A stretch of 64,000 nt of DNA from Candidatus Kerfeldbacteria bacterium RIFCSPLOWO2_02_FULL_42_19 (lineage in GTDB: Bacteria > Patescibacteriota > Patescibacteriia > HO2-48-17): NCBI GenBank assembly GCA_001818315.1, contig MHKF01000013.1, positions 14,612 through 78,611 on the forward strand, written 5' to 3'. Position numbers and translations under genes: made by a program. Positions 9,865-18,130 of this stretch are shown one piece after another; position 1 is the first letter of the stretch; every line of letters begins with the position of its first letter. Below the pieces are notes generated by a model. The model was not told where the DNA came from, ran no database searches, and saw only the letters and a list, made by a program, of their open reading frames with translations.

Positions 9865-10422
9865 TTACTCTTTCTGGAAGACAAGAGCGAAATGATACTT
9901 TCCTGGTGAAAAATGCTGGATTAATTTAAAACCGAGCGCTTCTGCATGCTTTTTCACAACATCCGGATCAATACGCGTATCTTTTGAAGGTCCAAAAGGC
10001 GAAGTTGCGCGACTCCAATCCGTTACGAGCAGTTTACCGCCTTTTTTGAGTAATCTCCCTGCTTCTTTGAGAATATTTTCTGGTTGCTTACTTTGATGTA
10101 AAACATTGTTTACATAGGCAAAATCGATTAATTTCTCCGGAATTTTTGCTGCGCCGTAGATTTCTAAATTTGTCCATACTGTCTGGATATTATAAAAACC
10201 TGTAAGATGCGCCTTACTTTCGATAGCTTGCAACACATGTTTTAAAATATCAGCAGCATACACCGTCCCACTTTCACCAATAATTTCAGCGGTCGCGAAG
10301 GTCCACGTACCGGTTCCCCCAACACCTAAATCAGCGACTTTATCCCCGACCGCGACGCCAATTTTTTTTAAAACAGCTGAGACATCGATGAGTGATCGGT
10401 CTGAAAGAATATGTTCCGGCAT
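9865..10422 (-). CDS. class I SAM-dependent methyltransferase
   Basis: Motif I VADLGVGGTGTWTF and a post-I acidic residue, then LLKKGGKLLVTDW. The start is probably M47 of the called ORF (MPEHILSD), because the upstream part of the ORF is a translated repeat TIR. Confidence 0.75.
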   Translation of the reverse strand: MPEHILSDRSLIDVSAVLKKIGVAVGDKVADLGVGGTGTWTFATAEIIGESGTVYAADILKHVLQAIESKAHLTGFYNIQTVWTNLEIYGAAKIPEKLIDFAYVNNVLHQSKQPENILKEAGRLLKKGGKLLVTDWSRATSPFGPSKDTRIDPDVVKKHAEALGFKLIQHFSPGKYHFALVFQKE

Positions 10423-10487
10423 ATTGTTGACTAAAATAAGCGGACGAGCTTTGAAATTTTTGCAAGAAAAATTTTCATTTTTCACAG

Positions 10488-10520
10488 ACGAAAGCGCATT
10501 CGGCGACAGTCCCATTATAC
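10488..10520 (-). repeat. solo TIR remnant of the MITE family (GGGACTGTCGCCGAATGCGCTTTCGTCTGTGAA)
   Basis: Matches the MITE terminal repeat. It lies between the methyltransferase start and the rnhB stop. Confidence 0.6.
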
Positions 10521-11114
10521 CATAACATTTGTAAGAAAACTTCTGCGATGCCAGAGACATGGCCCGTGTTGCTTGAGTCGTCTACGATGTAACAATGTAC
10601 CGTAACCTTTGTGTTGTTCGAATGCGTATTGCGGATAGTGATACGATGCCATACGCATCATAGCATCACGACTGACCTTCGCAATGATAGAAGCCGCAGC
10701 AATACTATATACGTTTTGATCACCATCAACGATGCTTTGTCCTGGGAAAGTAAATTTTTGATCAAGGCCGTCAATGAAAGTAAATTCCGGAATGAGATGC
10801 AACGTTGTCACTGCTTGTATCATAACCTCCCGATTCGCCCAGCTAATACCGCGTGCGTCGATTGTTGTAGCGCTCAGAGAATATACAGACCAAGCAAGCG
10901 CGACTCTCGCGATGCGTTTATAAAGATGCTCACGCTGTTGTGGATTGAGTGACTTTGAATCACGAATGTTACGCAGTCTCGGTGTGCGCGGCAACACAAC
11001 AGCTGCAGCCACAATAGGTCCCGCCAAGGCACCGCGACCGACTTCGTCGACTCCTGCGATATATTGATACCCCTGTTTAAAAAACTTATTTTCGAGTTGC
11101 TGTCTTGGATGCAT
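10515..11114 (-). CDS. rnhB: ribonuclease HII
   Basis: AGVDEVGRGALAGPIVAAAVVL and DSKSL motifs. The start is probably MHPRQQ at 11114, which makes the gene overlap the gdhA 3' end by 29 nt. Confidence 0.85.
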   Translation of the reverse strand: MHPRQQLENKFFKQGYQYIAGVDEVGRGALAGPIVAAAVVLPRTPRLRNIRDSKSLNPQQREHLYKRIARVALAWSVYSLSATTIDARGISWANREVMIQAVTTLHLIPEFTFIDGLDQKFTFPGQSIVDGDQNVYSIAAASIIAKVSRDAMMRMASYHYPQYAFEQHKGYGTLLHRRRLKQHGPCLWHRRSFLTNVMV

Positions 11115-12408
11115 ACGGAGATGAAAGCGTATTCGGCGACAGACCCCATTGCGCTTGCGTTGCCTCAGCAACGCGTTCGAGCGCAACAATATATGCCGCG
11201 GTACGAAGTTCGGTTTGAAATCGTTTGTGTATATCCCAAACATGATCAAATGCTGTGGCCATGACTTCTTCGAGCTTTGCAAAGACAACATCTTTACTCC
11301 AGTGTTCTTTATGTTTGTTTTGTTCCCATTCAAAATAAGAAACAGTCACGCCGCCGGCATTTGCAAGAATGTCTGGCACAACAATGATGCCTTTTCGAGC
11401 AAGTATTTCATCTGCGTCTGGCGTCGTCGGTCCATTAGCAAGTTCCATAATGACCTGCGCGCGGATCCTTTCAGCATTCTCATGTGTAATTTGATTTTCA
11501 ATCGCCGCTGGAATGAGAATATCGCAATCACACTCCAAAAGTTCTGCATTAGAAATCGCCTGATAATGTTCGGCATCCCAACGAGTGCCGTCAAAGTACG
11601 CCCCAGATGCAAATTCTTTTTCCTTTTTCGTGCGTGCAAGATATTCAGCATTCATACCGAGACCTCGCATATCTAGAATACCTCCGTGAGAATCTGACAC
11701 TGCAATCACTCGAAATCCAGCTTCGGTCAGGAGTCGTACCATCGTTGCGCCGGCGTTGCCAAAACCCTGAATAGCAACGCGCGCGTTGTTTGGGAGTTGT
11801 AATTTTTTCCTGAGCGAATGCAGAACGAAAAATCCACCTTGTGCTGTTGCAGTATCTCGACCTTCCGAACCTCCTGCATGTAAAGGCTTGCCCGTGACTA
11901 CAGCCGGTGTCGGCGCACCGACAGAGGTACTGTACTCGTCTGCGATCCATGCCATAATCTCTGGTGTTGTATATACATCCGGCGCTGGAACATCTTTATC
12001 TGGACCAATCACGTCTTGTAACGCTCTGGTAAATCCACGCGACAGTCGCTCAAGTTCGCCTCGAGATAATTGACGTGTATCCACAGTAATCCCGCCTTTT
12101 CCGCCACCGAATGGAATGCCAACAACAGCACATTTCCATGTCATCCACGCCGCGAGAGCCTTGATTTCATCCATATTTGTTTCGGGATGAAAACGTAATC
12201 CCCCTTTGTACGGCCCACGCGCATTATTGTATTGCACACGAAATCCATGAAAAATGCGCGGTTGTCCGTTATCCATACGCACAGGGAAAAAAACTTCAAT
12301 CGTGCGGTTCGGTCGCTTGAGTATTTCGTAGAGATCGTCGTCGATTTTATGAAGTGTTGTAGCCTTTTCCAATTGCTGGAGAGCGTGTTCAAAGGGGTTG
12401 TATGACAT
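11086..12408 (-). CDS. gdhA: NAD(P)-specific glutamate dehydrogenase, with a C-terminal tail derived from a repeat TIR
   Basis: 440 aa with the K-x-GGGKGG catalytic block (GIPFGGGKGGITVD) and the Rossmann motif GFGNAGA. The last 18 aa or so (GLSPNTLSSPYASKTATRK) are encoded by the solo TIR at 11131-11160. Confidence 0.9.
   Translation of the reverse strand: MSYNPFEHALQQLEKATTLHKIDDDLYEILKRPNRTIEVFFPVRMDNGQPRIFHGFRVQYNNARGPYKGGLRFHPETNMDEIKALAAWMTWKCAVVGIPFGGGKGGITVDTRQLSRGELERLSRGFTRALQDVIGPDKDVPAPDVYTTPEIMAWIADEYSTSVGAPTPAVVTGKPLHAGGSEGRDTATAQGGFFVLHSLRKKLQLPNNARVAIQGFGNAGATMVRLLTEAGFRVIAVSDSHGGILDMRGLGMNAEYLARTKKEKEFASGAYFDGTRWDAEHYQAISNAELLECDCDILIPAAIENQITHENAERIRAQVIMELANGPTTPDADEILARKGIIVVPDILANAGGVTVSYFEWEQNKHKEHWSKDVVFAKLEEVMATAFDHVWDIHKRFQTELRTAAYIVALERVAEATQAQWGLSPNTLSSPYASKTATRK
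11131..11160 (+). repeat. solo MITE TIR (GAAAGCGTATTCGGCGACAGACCCC) embedded in the gdhA 3' end
   Basis: Identical to the right-hand TIR of the full-length elements. Confidence 0.65.
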
Positions 12409-12428
12409 ACAACAATTGAAAGGATGAA

Positions 12429-13397
12429 TTATTTTGTAAAGCCCCAGTCAGGAATTACAACACTGCGTTTCCCTTGTCTGAGCTGTATATATTTATAGGC
12501 AGCGAGAGCGGCTTTAGCGCCTTCCCCTGCCGAGATCACAACTTGTTTATATTCGAGTGTTGTGGCATCACCTGCCGCAAAAATTCCGGGTGTTGAAGTT
12601 TCACAATGTTGGTTGACTATAACTTGCTGACGCTTATCTAAAGTCACAAGATCTTTAACCCACGCAGATTTTACGATATACCCCATCTCAACGAAGATGC
12701 CATCGAGATTAATAGTGCGTATTACTGATGCCGCATCTTGTACCTTAATGCCTGCAACTTGCTCCTTACCGAGTATTTCAAGTACACGCGTTTCAAGGTG
12801 TATGGTGATATTGTGAGTCTGTTCCACTTTTGATTTGAGGATGGGATTTCCCGAAAGCGCGGTGCCTTGATGGATGAGATACACTTTTTTACAAAGACGA
12901 CTGAGTGATTCGCTGGCATCCAGTGCGCCGATGCTGCCCCCTGCGACCGCGACAATTTTACCTTTAAAAAACGAGCCATCGCACGTTGGACAATACGAAA
13001 CACCTCGACCGCGCAATTGCGTTTCTCCCGGTACTCCGAGATCTCGTGGCGTCAATCCAAAGGCAAGAATGACTGTGTGCGTTATAAACATCGCGGTTGG
13101 CGTGTGCACGGAAAATGTTTCGTCTTCGCATTTTGTAAGTCCAGTGACTTCCTGAAATTCAAGCCTTGCTCCAAATTTTTGTGCTTGCTTTGCAAAAGCG
13201 TCCATGATGTCGAATCCGTTCATGAGCGGAAGCCCAGGATAATTTTCAATTTCCGGTGTACGCGCCGCTTGTCCGCCAAGATCTTTGGTGACTAAAAGTA
13301 CTTTCAATCCTCGCCTCGCAGCATACAGCGCAGCAGATAATCCTGCTGGTCCACCGCCGACAATAATAACATCGTAAAGTGTCGTATCCGATTGCAT
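12429..13397 (-). CDS. trxB: thioredoxin-disulfide reductase
   Basis: N-terminal FAD motif VIIVGGGPAGLSAA, a redox-active CPTCDG, and a second Rossmann GGS..A. Confidence 0.9.
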   Translation of the reverse strand: MQSDTTLYDVIIVGGGPAGLSAALYAARRGLKVLLVTKDLGGQAARTPEIENYPGLPLMNGFDIMDAFAKQAQKFGARLEFQEVTGLTKCEDETFSVHTPTAMFITHTVILAFGLTPRDLGVPGETQLRGRGVSYCPTCDGSFFKGKIVAVAGGSIGALDASESLSRLCKKVYLIHQGTALSGNPILKSKVEQTHNITIHLETRVLEILGKEQVAGIKVQDAASVIRTINLDGIFVEMGYIVKSAWVKDLVTLDKRQQVIVNQHCETSTPGIFAAGDATTLEYKQVVISAGEGAKAALAAYKYIQLRQGKRSVVIPDWGFTK

Positions 13398-13400
13398 ACA

Positions 13401-13727
13401 TTAGGCCATACTCGCGTCGAGCGATTCTGTGATTTTACTTTTATCTTGGACACCGATCAACTGCTCGAGAACTTTCCCATCTTTAAAAATGAGGAGTGTT
13501 GGAATGCTCATAATACCAAATTGACTCGCAGTTTGAGGATTTTCATCCACATTCAATTTGCCAACTTTTATATTTTTTCCTTCATACTCTTTCGCGACTT
13601 CTTCAACAATCGGTCCAAGAATCTTGCACGGGCCACACCAGGGAGCCCAAAAATCAACCAGTACAGGCGTTTGAGACATGATCACTTCTTTCTCAAAATT
13701 TTGATCAGTGAGTATAAGTTCTGACAT
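13401..13727 (-). CDS. trxA: thioredoxin
   Basis: 108 aa with the WAPWCGPCK active site. Confidence 0.9.
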   Translation of the reverse strand: MSELILTDQNFEKEVIMSQTPVLVDFWAPWCGPCKILGPIVEEVAKEYEGKNIKVGKLNVDENPQTASQFGIMSIPTLLIFKDGKVLEQLIGVQDKSKITESLDASMA

Positions 13728-13860
13728 AGTAAAATAAATGCAAAGTTAAGTAGGAGTATTATAGCATAGCTGCTCCTCTTGTCAGCATGCTGCAGTCATA
13801 TTACCATACGTACAACGAACGCACATTTCAATAACCTTCCTACAGAAAAGGAATACAACC

Positions 13861-14622
13861 ATGACGGAACTGATGATTTCTGAAGGTCGAAAAGAAGTTC
13901 AGGATCTCAAATTTTGGAACAGAGCGTCAAGGTGGTTGCCCCGAACTACTGTACTTTTTGTGATTGCGGTGGTGAATTTTCTTATACAAGCGCTCGACGC
14001 ATCGTCTTTTTCACCGTTCAGTTTACACTTGCCGTTTTATTCGACGATCGTTAGCGTGCTCACAGCAATACCCGCGGTGCTCTTTTACCTACAACGGAGC
14101 TCATGTTCACTCCCTTCCTGGATTGTGGATCGAATACCTGAAATTCTTCAGCTCATTCGAACTCACAATGAAGCAGCAAGAGGCTTTACAAGTCTCCTTC
14201 AGGCACAAGCGCTTGCGCATGGTGAGAATCCCGAGATTGTGAGAGATCTGAAACGGCAAAAAAATTTTTTAGAGTTGCGTAAAGTTCGACTCGAACGAGC
14301 GCTCGCTTTTTTAGAAGCTCTGAAAGGTTGTGTTGATAGTACACTTGATCGATTTGAGTCGGCGCTACCACCAACGACGTTTGGTCCAAAAGAACTTCAA
14401 CAGGCATTCGAGGCACTTCTTGACGCATGCCAAATCAAACCTGAAGAAGTTTCGTTACTTATGGATCCTGAGAACCGATCTCTTGACTTCACACGATCGG
14501 ACGTGACACAACTCAGAGCAGTACTGCGCACAGAACGATCACTTCTAAGAGGCCAGACTCTCCTTCACCTTGCAGATGATCTCGATAGTGATGATGCTGA
14601 TGAACCTGATGAGCCAAAGTAA
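13861..14622 (+). CDS. hypothetical membrane protein with an acidic C-terminal tail
   Basis: 253 aa, two N-terminal TM segments, and a D/E-rich C-terminus (DDLDSDDADEPDEPK). Confidence 0.45.
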   Translation: MTELMISEGRKEVQDLKFWNRASRWLPRTTVLFVIAVVNFLIQALDASSFSPFSLHLPFYSTIVSVLTAIPAVLFYLQRSSCSLPSWIVDRIPEILQLIRTHNEAARGFTSLLQAQALAHGENPEIVRDLKRQKNFLELRKVRLERALAFLEALKGCVDSTLDRFESALPPTTFGPKELQQAFEALLDACQIKPEEVSLLMDPENRSLDFTRSDVTQLRAVLRTERSLLRGQTLLHLADDLDSDDADEPDEPK

Positions 14623-14699
14623 GGATCGAAAAGGAGGGTGCTGCATGGACGCGCAATTTCATTAGGGGAGCTTTTGCGTAATAAAGCTTTCCTACTCGT

Positions 14700-14771
<72 letters not shown>

Positions 14772-14872
14772 CATAATATACCTCGTTGTTCATTTGAGAA
14801 TGAAACTGAGTGCATTATAATCTTTCAGCGGTTTACAAAACTGCCTGATAAGATACAATGTTAAAATAATCC

Positions 14873-14944
14873 GCGGGTATCGTATAACGGTCATTATGCA
14901 TCCTTGCCAAGGATGAGAGACGGGTTCAATTCCCGTTACCCGCT
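14873..14944 (+). tRNA. tRNA-Gly(GCC), no encoded CCA
   Basis: GCGGGTA acceptor, anticodon stem CATCC/GGATG with loop TTGCCAA, T-arm GACGGGTTCAATTCCCGT. Confidence 0.8.
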
Positions 14945-15066
14945 CAATTCCAAAGCAGTTCAGCGCATACGATACACTGCTTGTTTTCTGAAAGTTATGA
15001 AGTATTTTTTTACTGCGTTCTTTGTTATACTATAAAAAAGTTGGATTTAATATCTATTTTCCTTTC

Positions 15067-16812
15067 ATGAATTCGAACAACAAAGATACTTATAATAACT
15101 CAGAATCCTCTACTACAAGCGAGGTATCTGACGCCCAAGAGAGTCATGTTGAAATTTCTTCGGATCTCACGAAACAAACACTCACTCGCAAGATGCAAGA
15201 TATAGAGATTCAAAGAAAAGAAGAACTCACCGAAGAGCGAGGCACGCAACTCGGCATGCATTACATTAATCTCCTTGGCTTCCCTATTGGACCAGAGACA
15301 CTTGCCGTCATACCGGAAAAATTCGCCCGCCAATACCGAGTGATTTGTTTTTTTAAAGACGAGGCTCAAATTCGTATTGCCGCTCTTGAACCACAGGATT
15401 CTGGTATTCAAAAAATTGTAAGCGATTTTCAAAAAACCTTCCCGCTTTCCCACATTGAAGTTTATATCTTTTCTGAACACAGCTTCGAAAAAGCGGTCGA
15501 ACTCTATAAAGCACTTCCGAAATTTAAGCCCATTTCAAAGGAACTGGCACTTGATCAAGCAACACTCGAACGATTCCAAAAAGAAATTACAAACTTTGAT
15601 ATTTTTCAAAAACGTTTACAAACCGGCACTGTTTCCGAAAAACTAGCGCTCATTATTGCTGCTGCGATTCGTGCAGAAAGTTCCGATATTCATATTCAAT
15701 CAGAAGCAAACGAAGGTTCTATTCGATTTCGAATTGACGGAGTCTTGCAAATCGTTGGCACGCTCCCTAAAGCAGTCGTAACGAAATTAGTGAATCGCAT
15801 TAAATCAATCGCGGGTTTGAAAATTAACATTACCGATGTACCGCAAGATGGCCGCGTGACAGTGGAATTAGGAAACGAAAAACTTGATGTACGTGTTTCA
15901 AGTCTGCCGAGTGCATACGGCGAAAGTATCGTGATGCGATTACTTCTTGCAAATATCGTCCACCTCAGCTTCCAGGATCTTGGGCTGCGCGGCAAAGCGT
16001 TTGATGATTTGAAACGCGAAATTGGACGACCGAACGGTATGATTCTTACTACCGGTCCTACTGGCTCAGGTAAAACCACAACTATGTATGCTATGCTGCG
16101 GCAACTAAATAAACCAGAAGTGAAGATTGTCACTTTAGAGGACCCGATTGAGTATAAACTACCAGGCATTACACAAAGCCAAGTGAGTTACAGTAAAAAT
16201 TATACGTTCGCCAAAGGTCTTCGGGCTATTCTTCGACAGGATCCTGATATTGTGATGGTGGGAGAAATACGCGATGCGGAGACTGCTGAAATTAGTGTCC
16301 AAGCGGCTCTCACTGGCCATCTTGTACTTTCCACTATCCACACCAATGATGCCTCCGGAGCTGTGCCACGATTTCTCTCTATGGGTGTCAGACCTTTTCT
16401 CCTCGCGCCGGCACTGAATACGATTGTTGGGCAGCGCCTTGTGCGTAAAATTTGTCCGCATTGTAAAGTTCCTGATGATACTTTGAGCGAAGCAACACTT
16501 GAGACGGTACGAAGTATTATTGCAGATATCCCAGAGTCCTCTCAAACACGCGTGGATCTGTCGAATATGAAATTCTATCATGGAAAAGGTTGCGCACAAT
16601 GTCATAATGGACTCCGTGGGCGCATCGGCATTTTTGAGGTCTTGATAATGAATGAGAATATTGAGCGCGTGTTACTTTCTGAAGAAGTTTCAGAATATCG
16701 CATGAAGGATCTTGCTCATGAATACGGCATGATTACAATGGTGCAGGATGGACTCATTAAAGCATTAAATGGCATTACAACTGTTGCCGAAGTATTTCGT
16801 GTTGTACAATAA
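15067..16812 (+). CDS. pilB: type IV pilus / type II secretion assembly ATPase (PilB/GspE family)
   Basis: GspE N-terminal domain, Walker A GPTGSGKTT, the Asp and His boxes, and a tetracysteine motif (CPHC...CAQC). Confidence 0.85.
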   Translation: MNSNNKDTYNNSESSTTSEVSDAQESHVEISSDLTKQTLTRKMQDIEIQRKEELTEERGTQLGMHYINLLGFPIGPETLAVIPEKFARQYRVICFFKDEAQIRIAALEPQDSGIQKIVSDFQKTFPLSHIEVYIFSEHSFEKAVELYKALPKFKPISKELALDQATLERFQKEITNFDIFQKRLQTGTVSEKLALIIAAAIRAESSDIHIQSEANEGSIRFRIDGVLQIVGTLPKAVVTKLVNRIKSIAGLKINITDVPQDGRVTVELGNEKLDVRVSSLPSAYGESIVMRLLLANIVHLSFQDLGLRGKAFDDLKREIGRPNGMILTTGPTGSGKTTTMYAMLRQLNKPEVKIVTLEDPIEYKLPGITQSQVSYSKNYTFAKGLRAILRQDPDIVMVGEIRDAETAEISVQAALTGHLVLSTIHTNDASGAVPRFLSMGVRPFLLAPALNTIVGQRLVRKICPHCKVPDDTLSEATLETVRSIIADIPESSQTRVDLSNMKFYHGKGCAQCHNGLRGRIGIFEVLIMNENIERVLLSEEVSEYRMKDLAHEYGMITMVQDGLIKALNGITTVAEVFRVVQ

Positions 16813-16873
16813 ATTATGAGTAGCGTATTAATCCTATGTTATATGTTTTCTTCAAATACGTTGTCACAATAAA

Positions 16874-17033
16874 GGACTGTCGCCGAATGTTATTTCTTGT
16901 TCAAGACACAAAATAAAGAAGAGGATGACTCTCCTTTCTCAGCACACTGTGCAGTGTTAGTGCTTCGAAAGCGAGAGTCATCCTCTTCTTTTGTTTTGCA
17001 CATTGCATAAGAAACGGCATTCGGCGACAGTCT
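16874..17033 (+). repeat. MITE-like element, type A: TIRs, variable stem, conserved palindromic core
   Basis: TIRs GGACTGTCGCCGAATG...CATTCGGCGACAGTC. Internal perfect 15-bp stem AAGAGGATGACTCTC/GAGAGTCATCCTCTT around the core CTTTCTCAGCACACTGTGCAGTGTTAGTGCTTCGAAAG. Confidence 0.8.
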
Positions 17034-17036
17034 CTA

Positions 17037-18089
17037 TCAATGAGATAATTCCCAATCGGCACGTACTGTGAGTTGCAGAGGATCTGAAAAATTCCCTACA
17101 AGAAAATGATGAATTGCTGCGAGTGCTACCATCGTAGCATTATCGGTACATAAGTGTTTCGGCGGTACAAAAAATGGAATCCCGATTTTTTGACTATGTC
17201 TTCGTAACACAGCCCGTAGTTTTTGATTTGCAGCAACTCCACCGACTAACAAAACAGTTTGTGCCTTCACCTCGCGCACTGCTCGCAAGGTTTTCGTGAC
17301 GAGCAGTTCCACAACAGCATCTTGAAATGCATTACAGATGACAGCACGTTCATGAATACTACGTGGTGGATGTTGTGCGACATAGTAACGCACCGCTGTT
17401 TTTAATCCCGCGAAGCTCATATCGAAACTTTGATCTTCAATCATCGGACGCGGAAATCGCACCGATGATGATGGGCGTGAATGTACGGAGCGTGCGCATT
17501 TCGCAATGGCCGGTCCACCTGGGTATTCTAAATGCAGTATTTTTGCGACTTTATCAAAGGCCTCTCCAACCGCGTCATCTCGTGTTCTACCTACAAGGGT
17601 ATAGACACCAACACGAGGTATCAGAATCAATTCTGTATGCCCACCAGATACTACAAGTGCGAGCGCTGGGAATCGTATGTGTTTCCCAGAAGTAAACGTT
17701 GCAGCAATGTGTGATTCGATGTGATTCATCGCTAGAAGCGGTTTTTTAAAAACAAACGCAATGGTTTTTGCAGTCTCCACTCCCACCATAAGTGATGTAA
17801 TCAATCCAGGTCCGGCAGTAACGGCAATTGCATCAATATCTTCCATGCATTTGCTACCGTGGCGTAGAACGCGATCGATGCAAGGGAGTACTGCCGGCAC
17901 GTGTTGCCGTGCCGCGACTTCTGGTACGACTCCTTGTGTTTTTTGATGCAACGCGATCTGAGACTGGACACTCTGTCCGAGTATATGAATACACCGAGGC
18001 ATTCCATTCACGAATGTTTCTTTTGTAAAAGCGACGATGCTTGCCGCGGTTTCATCACATGAAGTTTCAAGAGCAAGAATATGATACAT
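17037..18089 (-). CDS. tsaD: tRNA N6-adenosine threonylcarbamoyltransferase TsaD (Kae1/Gcp family)
   Basis: MYHILALETSCDETAASIV N-terminus and the HxxxH metal-binding region (NHIESHIAA). About 350 aa. Confidence 0.9.
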   Translation of the reverse strand: MYHILALETSCDETAASIVAFTKETFVNGMPRCIHILGQSVQSQIALHQKTQGVVPEVAARQHVPAVLPCIDRVLRHGSKCMEDIDAIAVTAGPGLITSLMVGVETAKTIAFVFKKPLLAMNHIESHIAATFTSGKHIRFPALALVVSGGHTELILIPRVGVYTLVGRTRDDAVGEAFDKVAKILHLEYPGGPAIAKCARSVHSRPSSSVRFPRPMIEDQSFDMSFAGLKTAVRYYVAQHPPRSIHERAVICNAFQDAVVELLVTKTLRAVREVKAQTVLLVGGVAANQKLRAVLRRHSQKIGIPFFVPPKHLCTDNATMVALAAIHHFLVGNFSDPLQLTVRADWELSH

Positions 18090-18130
18090 ATTTTTCATTT
18101 GCAAAAAGAGAGTGATTAGTTGAGTGTATA

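Noticed and set aside
9721-9909. 62-aa ORF (MEYKLKNFEAMLAEMLRLQQKWYSATDPK...) lying inside the type-B MITE. The 31955-32118 copy has no corresponding ORF in the provided track.
   Set aside because: The element ends mid-ORF and the ORF runs on into flanking sequence. There is no RBS. I treat it as a non-coding repeat.
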